From Myxococcales bacterium (GTDB lineage Bacteria > Myxococcota > Myxococcia > Myxococcales > Anaeromyxobacteraceae): a stretch of 51,950 nucleotides of DNA. The notes under the pieces were generated by a model. That model had not been told where the DNA came from and ran no database searches. It saw only the letters and a list, made by a program, of their open reading frames with translations. The stretch covers positions 1 to 51,950 of the forward strand of contig JBBQEB010000007.1 of NCBI GenBank assembly GCA_038320275.1, read 5' to 3'. Made by a program: the position numbers and the translations under genes. Below are positions 41,261 to 49,582 of this stretch, in pieces. The first letter of the stretch is position 1; each line of letters opens with the position of its first letter.

Positions 41261-41456
41261 GGGCGCTCCTTCGGGTGGACGCGCGCAACGATGCCATGGG
41301 CCGCCGCTCCCGTCCGAGCGCCGAGCGCCAGGCAGCGGGCAGCGGGCACCCGCGGACACCGGTCTCGGAGCTCCGGGCTCCGGCCCGCAGGCACCATGGA
41401 CGCGAGGGCCTCGTTCCACGTAGCGTGCTCCTCTCCCCTCGCACGCGGGTTTCCCG

Positions 41457-41798
41457 ATGCCCAAGCCCAAGTCCAAGCTCCCGGATCACTTCCTGCGGTT
41501 CAGGTCGCACCATCCGGAGATCGTCGCCGCCTTCGAGGAGCTCGGGAAGCGGGTGCACGACAGCGGGCCGCTCTCCGAGAGGGAGCGCCGCCTGGTGAAG
41601 GTCGGCATCGCGCTGGCCGTGGGATCGGAGGGCGCGGTGCACTCGGCGGTTCGGCACGCGCTCGCCGGGGGCTGCTCGTCCGAGGACGTGGAGCACGCGG
41701 TCCGGCTCGGCATCACCACGCTCGGGTGGCCGCGCACCATGGCCGCGCTCTCCTGGGTGCAGGAGGTCCTCGCCGGAGCTGCGCCCGCGGAGGACTGA
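41457..41798 (+). CDS. Carboxymuconolactone decarboxylase (CMD/AhpD-like) family protein
   Basis: GPLSERERRLVKVGIA...EGAVHSAVRHAL...TTLGWP; no CxxC. Confidence 0.88.
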   Translation: MPKPKSKLPDHFLRFRSHHPEIVAAFEELGKRVHDSGPLSERERRLVKVGIALAVGSEGAVHSAVRHALAGGCSSEDVEHAVRLGITTLGWPRTMAALSWVQEVLAGAAPAED

Positions 41799-41807
41799 CC
41801 CCCGCTT

Positions 41808-42194
41808 CTACCGTCCGCAGCTCGCGACGAGGGCGGTGAGCTCCCTGTGCAGCAGGGCCTCGCTGGCGAGGTTCACCTCCAGCAGCCTGCGCAGGTGGGC
41901 GACGCTGTCGAGGTCGAGCTCGCGGCTGCGAATCCCCACCGTGTCCTCGCCGCGGTGCGCGACCGTCCCGCGCATGCAGATGTGCGCCACGCCCTCGTCG
42001 AGCCGCACCAGCACCGTGCAGGCCTGACCCTTCTCGGCGCGGAATCGGGGCGGCACGCGAAGGAGCGCCCCCCGGAGCGAGATGTCGAGAAGCTCGCAGC
42101 CGCAGCGGGCTCCGGACACGTCGAGCGCAGCCGGGCGGTGGAGGGCGATGCGGGAGAAGTCGCGGCGCTCTTCCAGGGTGAGAACTTTGGCCAT
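41808..42194 (-). CDS. Stand-alone PilZ domain protein (probable c-di-GMP receptor)
   Basis: RxxxR (RDFSR) and DxSxxG (DISLRG) motifs; C-terminal HLRRLLEVNL...LLHREL. Confidence 0.88.
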   Translation of the reverse strand: MAKVLTLEERRDFSRIALHRPAALDVSGARCGCELLDISLRGALLRVPPRFRAEKGQACTVLVRLDEGVAHICMRGTVAHRGEDTVGIRSRELDLDSVAHLRRLLEVNLASEALLHRELTALVASCGR

Positions 42195-42287
42195 GGGGTC
42201 ATCGTCGTGCGCTTCGGCGTGGGTGAACAGTCCCCTCTTCCCCGGGGGTTCGCAGGAACCCCGCCTGCGCTTCGGACGGGCCGAGGC

Positions 42288-42725
42288 TCAGGAGGTCGCC
42301 TCGTGCCCTCCGCCCAGCGCCTTTTCCTCCACCTTGCGCGAGAAGCGCGCCACGTCGATCACCATGCGGTCGTGCGTCCCCTCCCCGATGACGTCCACCC
42401 CGTCGTGTGCGCTGACCGTGAACCCGAGCCGCCGCCCCGCCACGCGGTCGAGGCGCACCCGGACCGTCACGGTGAAGCCGGGCGGCGTGGCGGCGGAGTG
42501 GGTGACGCGCACCTCCACCCCCACCGACGCCTCCCCTGCGTCGAGATGCGGCTGGATGGCCTCGAGACAGGCCCACTCCATGAGCCCGACCATGAAGCCG
42601 GTCGCGAAGACCGCCGGCATGCCGCGGAAGAGGCCGGACTCAGGGTAGAGGTGAGGAACCGTCTTCGATTCCGTCACGGTGAAGCGGAGCTCGTGCTCGA
42701 GCCCGGCGAGGAGGGTTGGCCTCAT
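42288..42725 (-). CDS. Hotdog-fold thioesterase, FlK (fluoroacetyl-CoA thioesterase) family
   Basis: VFATGFMVGLMEWAC, SVG, THSAATPPG and GEGTHDR give the Thr-Glu-His triad pattern. Confidence 0.88.
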   Translation of the reverse strand: MRPTLLAGLEHELRFTVTESKTVPHLYPESGLFRGMPAVFATGFMVGLMEWACLEAIQPHLDAGEASVGVEVRVTHSAATPPGFTVTVRVRLDRVAGRRLGFTVSAHDGVDVIGEGTHDRMVIDVARFSRKVEEKALGGGHEATS

Positions 42726-42782
42726 CGGTGGAGTCTCTCTCCGGGGTGGCGGCCGGGTTGAGCGCCCTCGAACCTCGCACCC

Positions 42783-43100
42783 CTACATCGTCTTTGTGTT
42801 GTGCTTCGCTCGACGGATCTGCTTCGAGGCGCGGTTCTCCTGCCTGTTCACCTTGGCCCGCTCGGCCGCGGTGAGCTTGCCGCCGTTCGCCGCGCGGTCC
42901 GCGCGGATCTCCTGGCGGATCTTTGCCTCCTTATTCTCCAGGCGAGCGGTCTCGCGGGGCGTGAGCTGCCCGCTCTCGACGCCCTGCCCGATGCGCTGCT
43001 GCTGATTGTTTTGCCGGGCATCGACCTCCGCTGCAAGCGCCGGGACGGTGGAGGCGGCGAGGAGGGCGGCAAGGGCGAGCTTGGCGGCGAGGGTCTTCAT
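42783..43100 (-). CDS. Small secreted helical protein (105 aa)
   Basis: Signal peptide ending ALA; internally repeated RQNNQQQRIGQGVESGQLTPRE / GKLTAAER...RQENRASKQI; GGAG RBS. Confidence 0.85.
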   Translation of the reverse strand: MKTLAAKLALAALLAASTVPALAAEVDARQNNQQQRIGQGVESGQLTPRETARLENKEAKIRQEIRADRAANGGKLTAAERAKVNRQENRASKQIRRAKHNTKTM

Positions 43101-43216
43101 GGCGTTCTCCGAGAATCGGGTTCGGAAGCCGGGACGTCCGGCGACCGGTGGTTCTTCAAACCCCGTCCTGGTGCCCTGGTTTCGCAGGGCCGCACAGGGC
43201 GCCGCTGGGAGAGGCT

Positions 43217-43456
43217 TCAAACCGCCCGCTCGCACTTGTCGGTGCAGAGCGGCCGGCAGACATCCAGCCTGGAGCGGCGCGGCCTGTCCGCCAGCGCGTC
43301 CTCCAGCGCGAGCGAAAACGCCGCCTGCGCTCCCCCGCTGCGGCGCGCAGCGGCGGCCCGGATGGTGGTGAGCTTGGCCTCGTCCTTCGCCCGGACCGCC
43401 TGGCGGGCGATCGCATAGATCCGACCGTACAGCTCATAGGTGCACTCGAGCGCCAC
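43217..43456 (-). CDS. Possible small hypothetical protein (about 79 aa)
   Basis: Protein-like reading (ECTYELYGRIYAIARQAVR...FSLALEDALAD...CRPLCTDKC) in an otherwise empty gap; start codon uncertain. Confidence 0.4.
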   Translation of the reverse strand: MALECTYELYGRIYAIARQAVRAKDEAKLTTIRAAAARRSGGAQAAFSLALEDALADRPRRSRLDVCRPLCTDKCERAV

Positions 43457-43597
43457 GGCGGAGGCATGCTCGGGCGAGCGCGCGAGGTCAAGGGTCAGGA
43501 GGTAGGTGGGTCCGGACGCGCCTGCTTTCGCCCGACCCTGCCGGGCCCGCGACAGGGCGGCGCGCGCGGGCGACGATGCTTTTGCCCGGAGGTGACA

Positions 43598-44926
43598 TTG
43601 CGTGAATCGCTGAGCAGCGTGGATGCAGCCTGGTACCACCTCGACAGGCCGGACAACCCGGCGGACGTGGTGGCGCTTCTCACCTTCCGTGAAGCTCCAG
43701 CCATGCCGGAGCTGCGGCGCCTGGTGGAAGAGCGGCTGCTCTCGGCGGATCGGTTCCGGCAGCGGGTCGTCCCCGGAAAGATGCTGCGCGGCGTCGCCTG
43801 GGAGGAAGACCCGGGCTTCTCCCTCGACCGCCACCTGGTGGCGCGTACTGTCGCGGCCGGCAAGAGAGCCCTCGAGGACCTGGTGGGCGAGGTCGCGAGC
43901 GAGGTGCTCGACCCCGCGCACCCGCCCTGGCGGCTGGTGCTGGTGAACGGGCCCGGTCAGGCCGCCATCGTGGCTCGCCTGCATCACGCCATCGCGGACG
44001 GGTTCGCGCTCGTGAGCCTGCTCCTGTCCCTCGCCGACGAGCGCCCGGACGTCCCGGCGCCTCGGCACGCCCTTGCGGCATACCGGAGGATGGAGCCCTG
44101 GCTGGCCGAGGGCGGGCTTCTCCGGGCGCTGGGCCACCCGGTGAGCGCGGCGAAGCTGGTGCTGCAGGCGGCCGGGCTGACGACGTCGCTCCTCCGCATG
44201 GCGAGCTACCGCGCGGACCCGCACACGTCGCTGCAGCGGGGGCTCAGCGGAGCCCGGCGCATGGCCTGGTCGCGCGGGTTTCCTCTCGCCGCGGTGCGCC
44301 GGGGAGCGCAGGCGGCGGGCGCGACGGTGAACGATCTGCTCATCGCAGCGCTCGCCGGCGGGCTTCGCGCCGAGCTGGCGGGGAGCGACGCCCCTCGCCG
44401 CGGGCTGCGCGTCCGCGCCCTCGTGCCCATCAACCTCAGGCCCGGTCCCCCCGAACCCTCGGCGCGCGCGCTCGGCAACCGCTTCGGGCTGGTGTTCCTC
44501 GAGCTCCCCCTCGACGCTCCCACCCGCACGGCCCGCGTGGAGCGCGTTCGGGCGGCAATGACGCTGCTCAAGGGAAGGCCCGACGCGCTTGCAGCCTTCG
44601 GCGCTCTCTCGGCGGCGGGGCGCGTGCCGCCACTCACGCGGCCCCTCATAACCTTCTTCACCCGCAAGGCCTCGCTCGTCGTCACCAACGTCCCCGGGCC
44701 GAAGAAGCGGCTCCACCTCGCCGGGCGGGAGATCGAGCACGCGATGTTCTGGGTCCCGCATCCCGCCACGCTGGGCCTTGGGGTGAGCATCCTCACCTAC
44801 GCCGGCGAGGTGCGCGTGGGCGTACGGGCCGACACGGGCGTGCTGCCCGACCCCTCCTCGCTGGTGCGGCGGTTCGAGGAGGAGCTGGCGGCGCTCGCTC
44901 CGCAGCACGAGCCGATCGAAGGCTAG
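43598..44926 (+). CDS. Wax ester synthase/diacylglycerol acyltransferase (WS/DGAT)
   Basis: LSSVDAAWYHLD, HHAIADG (HHxxxDG), ATVNDL, LGNRFG, TNVPGP and SILTYAG motifs. GGAGG RBS before TTG 43598. Confidence 0.9.
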   Translation: MRESLSSVDAAWYHLDRPDNPADVVALLTFREAPAMPELRRLVEERLLSADRFRQRVVPGKMLRGVAWEEDPGFSLDRHLVARTVAAGKRALEDLVGEVASEVLDPAHPPWRLVLVNGPGQAAIVARLHHAIADGFALVSLLLSLADERPDVPAPRHALAAYRRMEPWLAEGGLLRALGHPVSAAKLVLQAAGLTTSLLRMASYRADPHTSLQRGLSGARRMAWSRGFPLAAVRRGAQAAGATVNDLLIAALAGGLRAELAGSDAPRRGLRVRALVPINLRPGPPEPSARALGNRFGLVFLELPLDAPTRTARVERVRAAMTLLKGRPDALAAFGALSAAGRVPPLTRPLITFFTRKASLVVTNVPGPKKRLHLAGREIEHAMFWVPHPATLGLGVSILTYAGEVRVGVRADTGVLPDPSSLVRRFEEELAALAPQHEPIEG

Positions 44927-45016
44927 CCGTGCCGGGCACAACGCAAACGGGCGCCCTCCGCGAGGAGAGCGCCCGGCCACGGATCGGGTCTGTCGATGAA
45001 GCGGCTACCGAAGCAA

Positions 45017-45436
45017 CTACGCCTTCGGGCTGCGCTTCTCCGCGATCTCCTTCTCGAGCGCGGCGACCTGCGGGTCGACCACGGCGGCCTCGTCGCCCTT
45101 GGTGGTCGGGTCGCCGGTGAGGTGCGCCTCGCCGGGCACCCAGCCCGGTGCCATCGTCGCCGCCATGTCGCTCGTCGAGCGGCGCACCAGCTTGCCCACC
45201 GGGCGGAGCGCGGTGCGGCCCACCAGGTAGAAGCCGATGAAGGGGAGGAACATGAGGAACGCGGCGCCCATCAGCGGCGCCAGCGCGAAGGCGCCGACCA
45301 GCGGGACCGCCAGGTACTTCTCGCCGCGCGCGCCGGGCAGCTTCTCGCCATCCGCTGCCACGCCGTGGAGCGTCCAGGTCTTCGCGCTGAAGTAGTGGCC
45401 CTTGTTCACCTGCGTCCCGGCTTCGATCATCGTCAT
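45017..45436 (-). CDS. Hypothetical small membrane protein (139 aa)
   Basis: AAGGGGAG RBS; central hydrophobic segment LAPLMGAAFLMFLPFIGFYL; charged C-terminal helix. Confidence 0.8.
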   Translation of the reverse strand: MTMIEAGTQVNKGHYFSAKTWTLHGVAADGEKLPGARGEKYLAVPLVGAFALAPLMGAAFLMFLPFIGFYLVGRTALRPVGKLVRRSTSDMAATMAPGWVPGEAHLTGDPTTKGDEAAVVDPQVAALEKEIAEKRSPKA

Positions 45437-45685
45437 TGGCGTTCTCCCCTTCGTGGCGTTCGCTGCGTTGCCTTCGATGAATGGAGTCTCTCCTTTTCCG
45501 GCCGCCGGCGAAATGCGGAACTCGCCCGACCCCGACGGCTTTGATTCCCGGGCCGGTGAGGGTCGGACGCCGTAGAGAGCCCTCCGGAAAACACCCGAGA
45601 GACCTTCGGGGGACCCTCGCCCCTTCCGTCCGTACGGCGCGCCGAAAACCCAAGTATCCGCCATTGCTGATGTTTCGTGACATGA

Positions 45686-45720
45686 GAGGGCCCTCGCTCC
45701 CGCGCGGGAGGAGGGCCCTC
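45686..45720 (-). terminator. GC-rich hairpin after the TPR lipoprotein gene (possible terminator)
   Basis: GAGGGCCCTC-gCTCCCGC/GCGGGAG-GAGGGCCCTC inverted repeat about 28 bp past the stop; only a weak U tract. Confidence 0.5.
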
Positions 45721-45747
45721 GAACTTCTCGCCTGGGGCGGCGGCTGG

Positions 45748-47301
45748 CTACTTCAACGACTCGAGCCGCTGGCGAGCATCGGTCATTTGCGACTTCGTGA
45801 CCGGGTCGTCGATGCCCTTCAGATTGACGAGCGTGCTCCAGACCGCCTTGGCGTCACCCCGCTTCTTTGCGTTGTAATAGAGGACTCCCGAATTGTAGAG
45901 CGCGCGGGCGGCCGTGTTGGGATCGTCCTTCGCACAGCGCGCGTCCTGCCCGAACGTGCGGTAGCGCGCCGCCGCCTGCAGCTTCTTGTTGCCCTGCTCC
46001 AGCGCGGCGCCGGCGTTGCCGAGCGCGAGGCAGCGCTGCTCACCGTCGGGCCACTTCTCGAGATACCGATCGTAGAGCTGTACCGCGCCGCCTGTGTCGT
46101 GGGCCTGAAGGCGGCTGGTGGCGAGGGCGACGGTGGCGATGCCGGCCTCGGGAGCATCGGGATACTTGTCGAGGAGCCTCCGGCGGGCTTCCTCGGCCTT
46201 CTTCGGCTCCTTGGCCTGCACGTATGCCACACCGGCGTTGTAGAGCGCGTTGGCTGCGTCGGGGCTGTCCGGATTCTGCGCGACGAACTCCTCGAAGCCT
46301 GCGGCGGCCTCGGCGGGCTTGCCCGACTTGAGGAGCTCCATGGCGCCCGCGTAGCCGAGCCGATTCTTCTCCTGGCCGAGCTGCTGCAGGACGCTCGCGA
46401 TCTTCTCCGGCAGCGCCTTCTGCTCCGCCGTCGCGCCGCTCGCCGACGCCGCGGCCTGGGCCTTGGGCTTGTCGGATTCCAGCATGGCCTGCATCCGCAC
46501 GACGGCGTCGCCGTATCCCTTCATGTCCTTGCGGGCCGGGAACGTGAGGAGGTACGGACCGACGCCATCCACGGCCGCGGCGGTGAGCGGCCATTTCTGG
46601 AAGATGGCCTCGAACCGCTTCTGGGCCTCCTCGATGTTGTCGTGGCTGTACTGCACCTCCGCCGCGAGGAGCTGGAGAAGCGCCGCGTCGTGCTCGGCGG
46701 TAGGCGACGGGTCGGTCGTGTACACGACCGCGTACGCGTCGGCGGCGTCGATGTAGCGCTTCCACGTCTCGGCCGGCGGCCGGGGCTTCAGCTCGGTCTT
46801 GCGGCCGATCTTCACCGGCTCGAGCTCGCCCGCCTTGACCTTCTGGAAGGCGAGCTGCTGCAGCGAGCCGGCGGCGAGCCGCGCGCCGAAGGCCTGGGTG
46901 GCGGGGGTGGCGTCCTTGTCCGTCCGGAACAGATCCGCGGCCCTGGCGGCACCCTCGGCGTCGGCGGCCTGGAGGTAGTTCTCCGCCGCGGCCCGGCGGT
47001 AGACGATGCGCCACTCCGAGGAGGGGTAGCGCTCGGCCAGCTTCAGGAGGGCGTCGGCGGCGAGCTTCGACTCCTGCCGCGCCTGGTCCATGTTGCCGGA
47101 GGTGCGGGCGTCGGCGGCCCGCCCGGTGTGCGTCTGCGTGTCCTTGAGCTCGGCGCGCTCGGTGTCGTCTCCGACGTCCTTGTAGTCCGGCATCCTGTGG
47201 TCGGCCTGGAACACCTTGAGCCCGCCGCCCCCGCCACCGGCGGTGGCACAGGCGCCTGCGAGCAGCGCGACGAGCGCGAGCCCTTTCACCTTCATGGTCA
47301 T
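45748..47301 (-). CDS. Tetratricopeptide-repeat lipoprotein
   Basis: Lipobox LAGAC; repeated TPR-like units (ERYPSSEW, QNPDSPDAANALYNAG, DKYPDAPEA, ARALYNSG). Confidence 0.85.
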   Translation of the reverse strand: MTMKVKGLALVALLAGACATAGGGGGGLKVFQADHRMPDYKDVGDDTERAELKDTQTHTGRAADARTSGNMDQARQESKLAADALLKLAERYPSSEWRIVYRRAAAENYLQAADAEGAARAADLFRTDKDATPATQAFGARLAAGSLQQLAFQKVKAGELEPVKIGRKTELKPRPPAETWKRYIDAADAYAVVYTTDPSPTAEHDAALLQLLAAEVQYSHDNIEEAQKRFEAIFQKWPLTAAAVDGVGPYLLTFPARKDMKGYGDAVVRMQAMLESDKPKAQAAASASGATAEQKALPEKIASVLQQLGQEKNRLGYAGAMELLKSGKPAEAAAGFEEFVAQNPDSPDAANALYNAGVAYVQAKEPKKAEEARRRLLDKYPDAPEAGIATVALATSRLQAHDTGGAVQLYDRYLEKWPDGEQRCLALGNAGAALEQGNKKLQAAARYRTFGQDARCAKDDPNTAARALYNSGVLYYNAKKRGDAKAVWSTLVNLKGIDDPVTKSQMTDARQRLESLK

Positions 47302-47488
47302 GGATCTCCCCTTCCGATGTGGTCACGTGGGACGGCCCGGCTCGCCCTGAGCGGCGCCGGTGCTGTCGCGAAAGCCCTGCCCCGCGGCGCTCTTTATAGC
47401 GCTCGGTCCGCGCGGTGCACCCTGGCAAGGCCAAAGCGGGTGCCCGCAGCGGCCGCTCGTCCGTCGGCGTGGGGCTCGACTCGAAGCT

Positions 47489-48079
47489 CTAGTCGCCGCT
47501 GCGCCTCAGCTCGCTCAGGACGAGCTTCGCCACGGCCTTCAGGGTGTCGAAGACGCCGACGCCGGTGGGCGCCACGGCCTGGAACTCCGGCACACCGTTC
47601 GGATTCAACGCCTCGCGGAGCTCCTCCACGGGTACGGCGCTGGGCAGGTCGCGCTTGTTGTACTGGACCACGTACGGGAGCTTGTCGAGGTCGTACCCCT
47701 GCTCGGCCAGGTTGGTGCGCAGGTTCTCGACCGACTCGAGGTTCGCCTCCATGCGCTCGAGCTGGGAGTCGCCCACGAACACGACCCCGTCCACCCCCTT
47801 GAGGATGAGCTTTCGGGAGGCGTCGTAGAAGACCTGCCCGGGCACCGTGTAGAGGTGGAAGCGCGTCTTGAACCCGCGGATCTCGCCCAGCGACAGCGGC
47901 AGGAAGTCGAAGAAGAGTGTGCGCTCGGTCTCGGTGGCGAGGCTGATCATCTTGCCCTTCGCGCCGGGGCTCGTCTTCGCGTACACGTACTGTAAGTTCG
48001 TCGTCTTCCCGCACAGTCCGGGGCCGTAATAGACGATCTTGCAGTTGATCTCGCGCGAGCTGTAGTTGATGAAGCTCAT
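47489..48079 (-). CDS. mglA: Small Ras-like GTPase MglA
   Basis: [44 protein letters not shown] and NKRD motifs. Confidence 0.97.
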   Translation of the reverse strand: MSFINYSSREINCKIVYYGPGLCGKTTNLQYVYAKTSPGAKGKMISLATETERTLFFDFLPLSLGEIRGFKTRFHLYTVPGQVFYDASRKLILKGVDGVVFVGDSQLERMEANLESVENLRTNLAEQGYDLDKLPYVVQYNKRDLPSAVPVEELREALNPNGVPEFQAVAPTGVGVFDTLKAVAKLVLSELRRSGD

Positions 48080-48561
48080 GTCGTCTCGCTGAAGAGGCTG
48101 TCGATGTCCTCGTCGGTGATCTCGGCGAAGGGACTGCCGGCTCCTGGGGACTCGCCCTTTTTGGCCAGCGCCTCGAAGATCTTGCCCAGCTCCTCGCCTG
48201 CCTTTTTCACCCTCAGGCGAACGAGCCCGAGGGAGCTCTTCGCGTCGAAGATGACGACCAGCACCACGCGCCCCCCGACGATGCTCATGTGGAGCGACTC
48301 GTGCTCACCCTCGTGGAACTGGTTCGGGAATTCCTTCTCGCCGATGAGCTTGGCGAGCCCTCCCATGGCGGCCACGTTGCCCGCCGTCAGCGAGGCGAGC
48401 GAGGTCGTGTCGAGGCTCCCCGCAGCGCCGCTGGAGGCGATGAGCTGCCCGTCCTTGTCGACGAGGAAGACCACCTTGGCGCTGGCCTCACGGGTGAGCC
48501 GGTCGCAGATCGTGGCGATCTGGCCCGCCTCCTCGTCGTACATCACCAGCCCGGAGCCCAT
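48076..48561 (-). CDS. mglB: Roadblock/LC7 GTPase-activating protein MglB
   Basis: [36 protein letters not shown] and [14 protein letters not shown] motifs; ATGA overlap with mglA. Confidence 0.97.
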   Translation of the reverse strand: MGSGLVMYDEEAGQIATICDRLTREASAKVVFLVDKDGQLIASSGAAGSLDTTSLASLTAGNVAAMGGLAKLIGEKEFPNQFHEGEHESLHMSIVGGRVVLVVIFDAKSSLGLVRLRVKKAGEELGKIFEALAKKGESPGAGSPFAEITDEDIDSLFSETT

Positions 48562-48594
48562 GCGCGCCGCTCCTGAGAAGCGAGTCCACCCTGG

Positions 48595-48623
48595 CGAATA
48601 GCAGGGAACCTGGGGCGAGGCAA
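48595..48623 (-). promoter_or_regulatory. Possible sigma70-type promoter of mglBA
   Basis: TTGCCT-N17-TATTCG with an extended TG, in the recR-mglB gap. Confidence 0.35.
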
Positions 48624-48648
48624 ACGAGGAGGTCGGGCGCGAAGCCGC

Positions 48649-49245
48649 CTACATCTCGCGCCGTCCGGAGAGCGCGCGCGCCAGCGTCACCCCGTCGGCG
48701 TACTCGAGGTCGCCGCCCATGGGCAGCCCCTGGGCGATGCGCGTCACCTTGATCCCGATGTCCTTGAGGAGCTTCGAGAGGTAGAGCGCCGTCGCCTCGC
48801 CCTCCACGTCCGGATTGGTGGCGATCACGATCTCCTCCACGGCCGCCCCGTGCAGCCTCCCCAGCAGCTCGCGGATCTTGAGGTCGGAGGGCCCGATGCC
48901 GTCGAGGGGCGAGAGCGCCCCGTGGAGCACGTGGTACCGGCCGCGGTACTCGCGCGTGCGCTCGACCGCGAGCAGGTCGGGCACCCCCTCCACCACGCAG
49001 AGGATCCGGGCGTCGCGCTCGGGATCGGCGCAGATGCGGCAAGGGTCGCGCTCGGTCAGCGTCTGGCAGGAGCTGCAGCACCGGACGTCGCGCACCACGC
49101 CGGTGACCGCCTCGGCCAGCTCCGCGGCGTAGCCGGCCCCCGCCTCGAGAATGTGGAAGGCGAGCCGCTGGGCGGTCTTCTCCCCGATCCCGGGCAGCCT
49201 GGCGAGCTCCTTCACCAACCGTGCGATCGGGTCCGCGACCGGCAT
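48649..49245 (-). CDS. recR: Recombination mediator RecR
   Basis: [14 protein letters not shown]4 zinc finger, [28 protein letters not shown] and GGDLEYAD motifs. Confidence 0.97.
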   Translation of the reverse strand: MPVADPIARLVKELARLPGIGEKTAQRLAFHILEAGAGYAAELAEAVTGVVRDVRCCSSCQTLTERDPCRICADPERDARILCVVEGVPDLLAVERTREYRGRYHVLHGALSPLDGIGPSDLKIRELLGRLHGAAVEEIVIATNPDVEGEATALYLSKLLKDIGIKVTRIAQGLPMGGDLEYADGVTLARALSGRREM

Positions 49246-49249
49246 GGCT

Positions 49250-49570
49250 TCAGTAGGGAAGGCCCGGCATCTGGATCCCGCCGGTCGCCTTCTTGAGGTG
49301 CTCGTCGGCCGCGGCGCGCGCCTTGTCGGCGCCCGCGTTCACGGCGGCTGCAACCAGGTCCTCCAGCATCGCCTTGTCGCTCGGATCGATCGCCTTGGGG
49401 TCGATGCGGATCTCGAGCAGCGTGCAGCGCCCGTCCATCTTCACTCTCACGAGCCCTCCTCCGCTCTCGGCCTCGATCTGGATCTGGTCGAGCGAGCCCT
49501 TGGCGTCGGCCATGGCTTTCTCGATCTTCCGGGCCTGCCGCATGAGGTGCTGGATATCGATGCCGGGCAT
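49250..49570 (-). CDS. ybaB: YbaB/EbfC nucleoid-associated protein
   Basis: ESGGGLVRV and [11 protein letters not shown] motifs; conserved position between dnaX and recR. Confidence 0.95.
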   Translation of the reverse strand: MPGIDIQHLMRQARKIEKAMADAKGSLDQIQIEAESGGGLVRVKMDGRCTLLEIRIDPKAIDPSDKAMLEDLVAAAVNAGADKARAAADEHLKKATGGIQMPGLPY

Positions 49571-49582
49571 GGTGTTCCCCTC

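Noticed and set aside
43158..43183. ECF-sigma promoter GAAAC-N17-GTTT upstream of the small secreted protein
   Set aside because: Too short and degenerate to support without TSS data.
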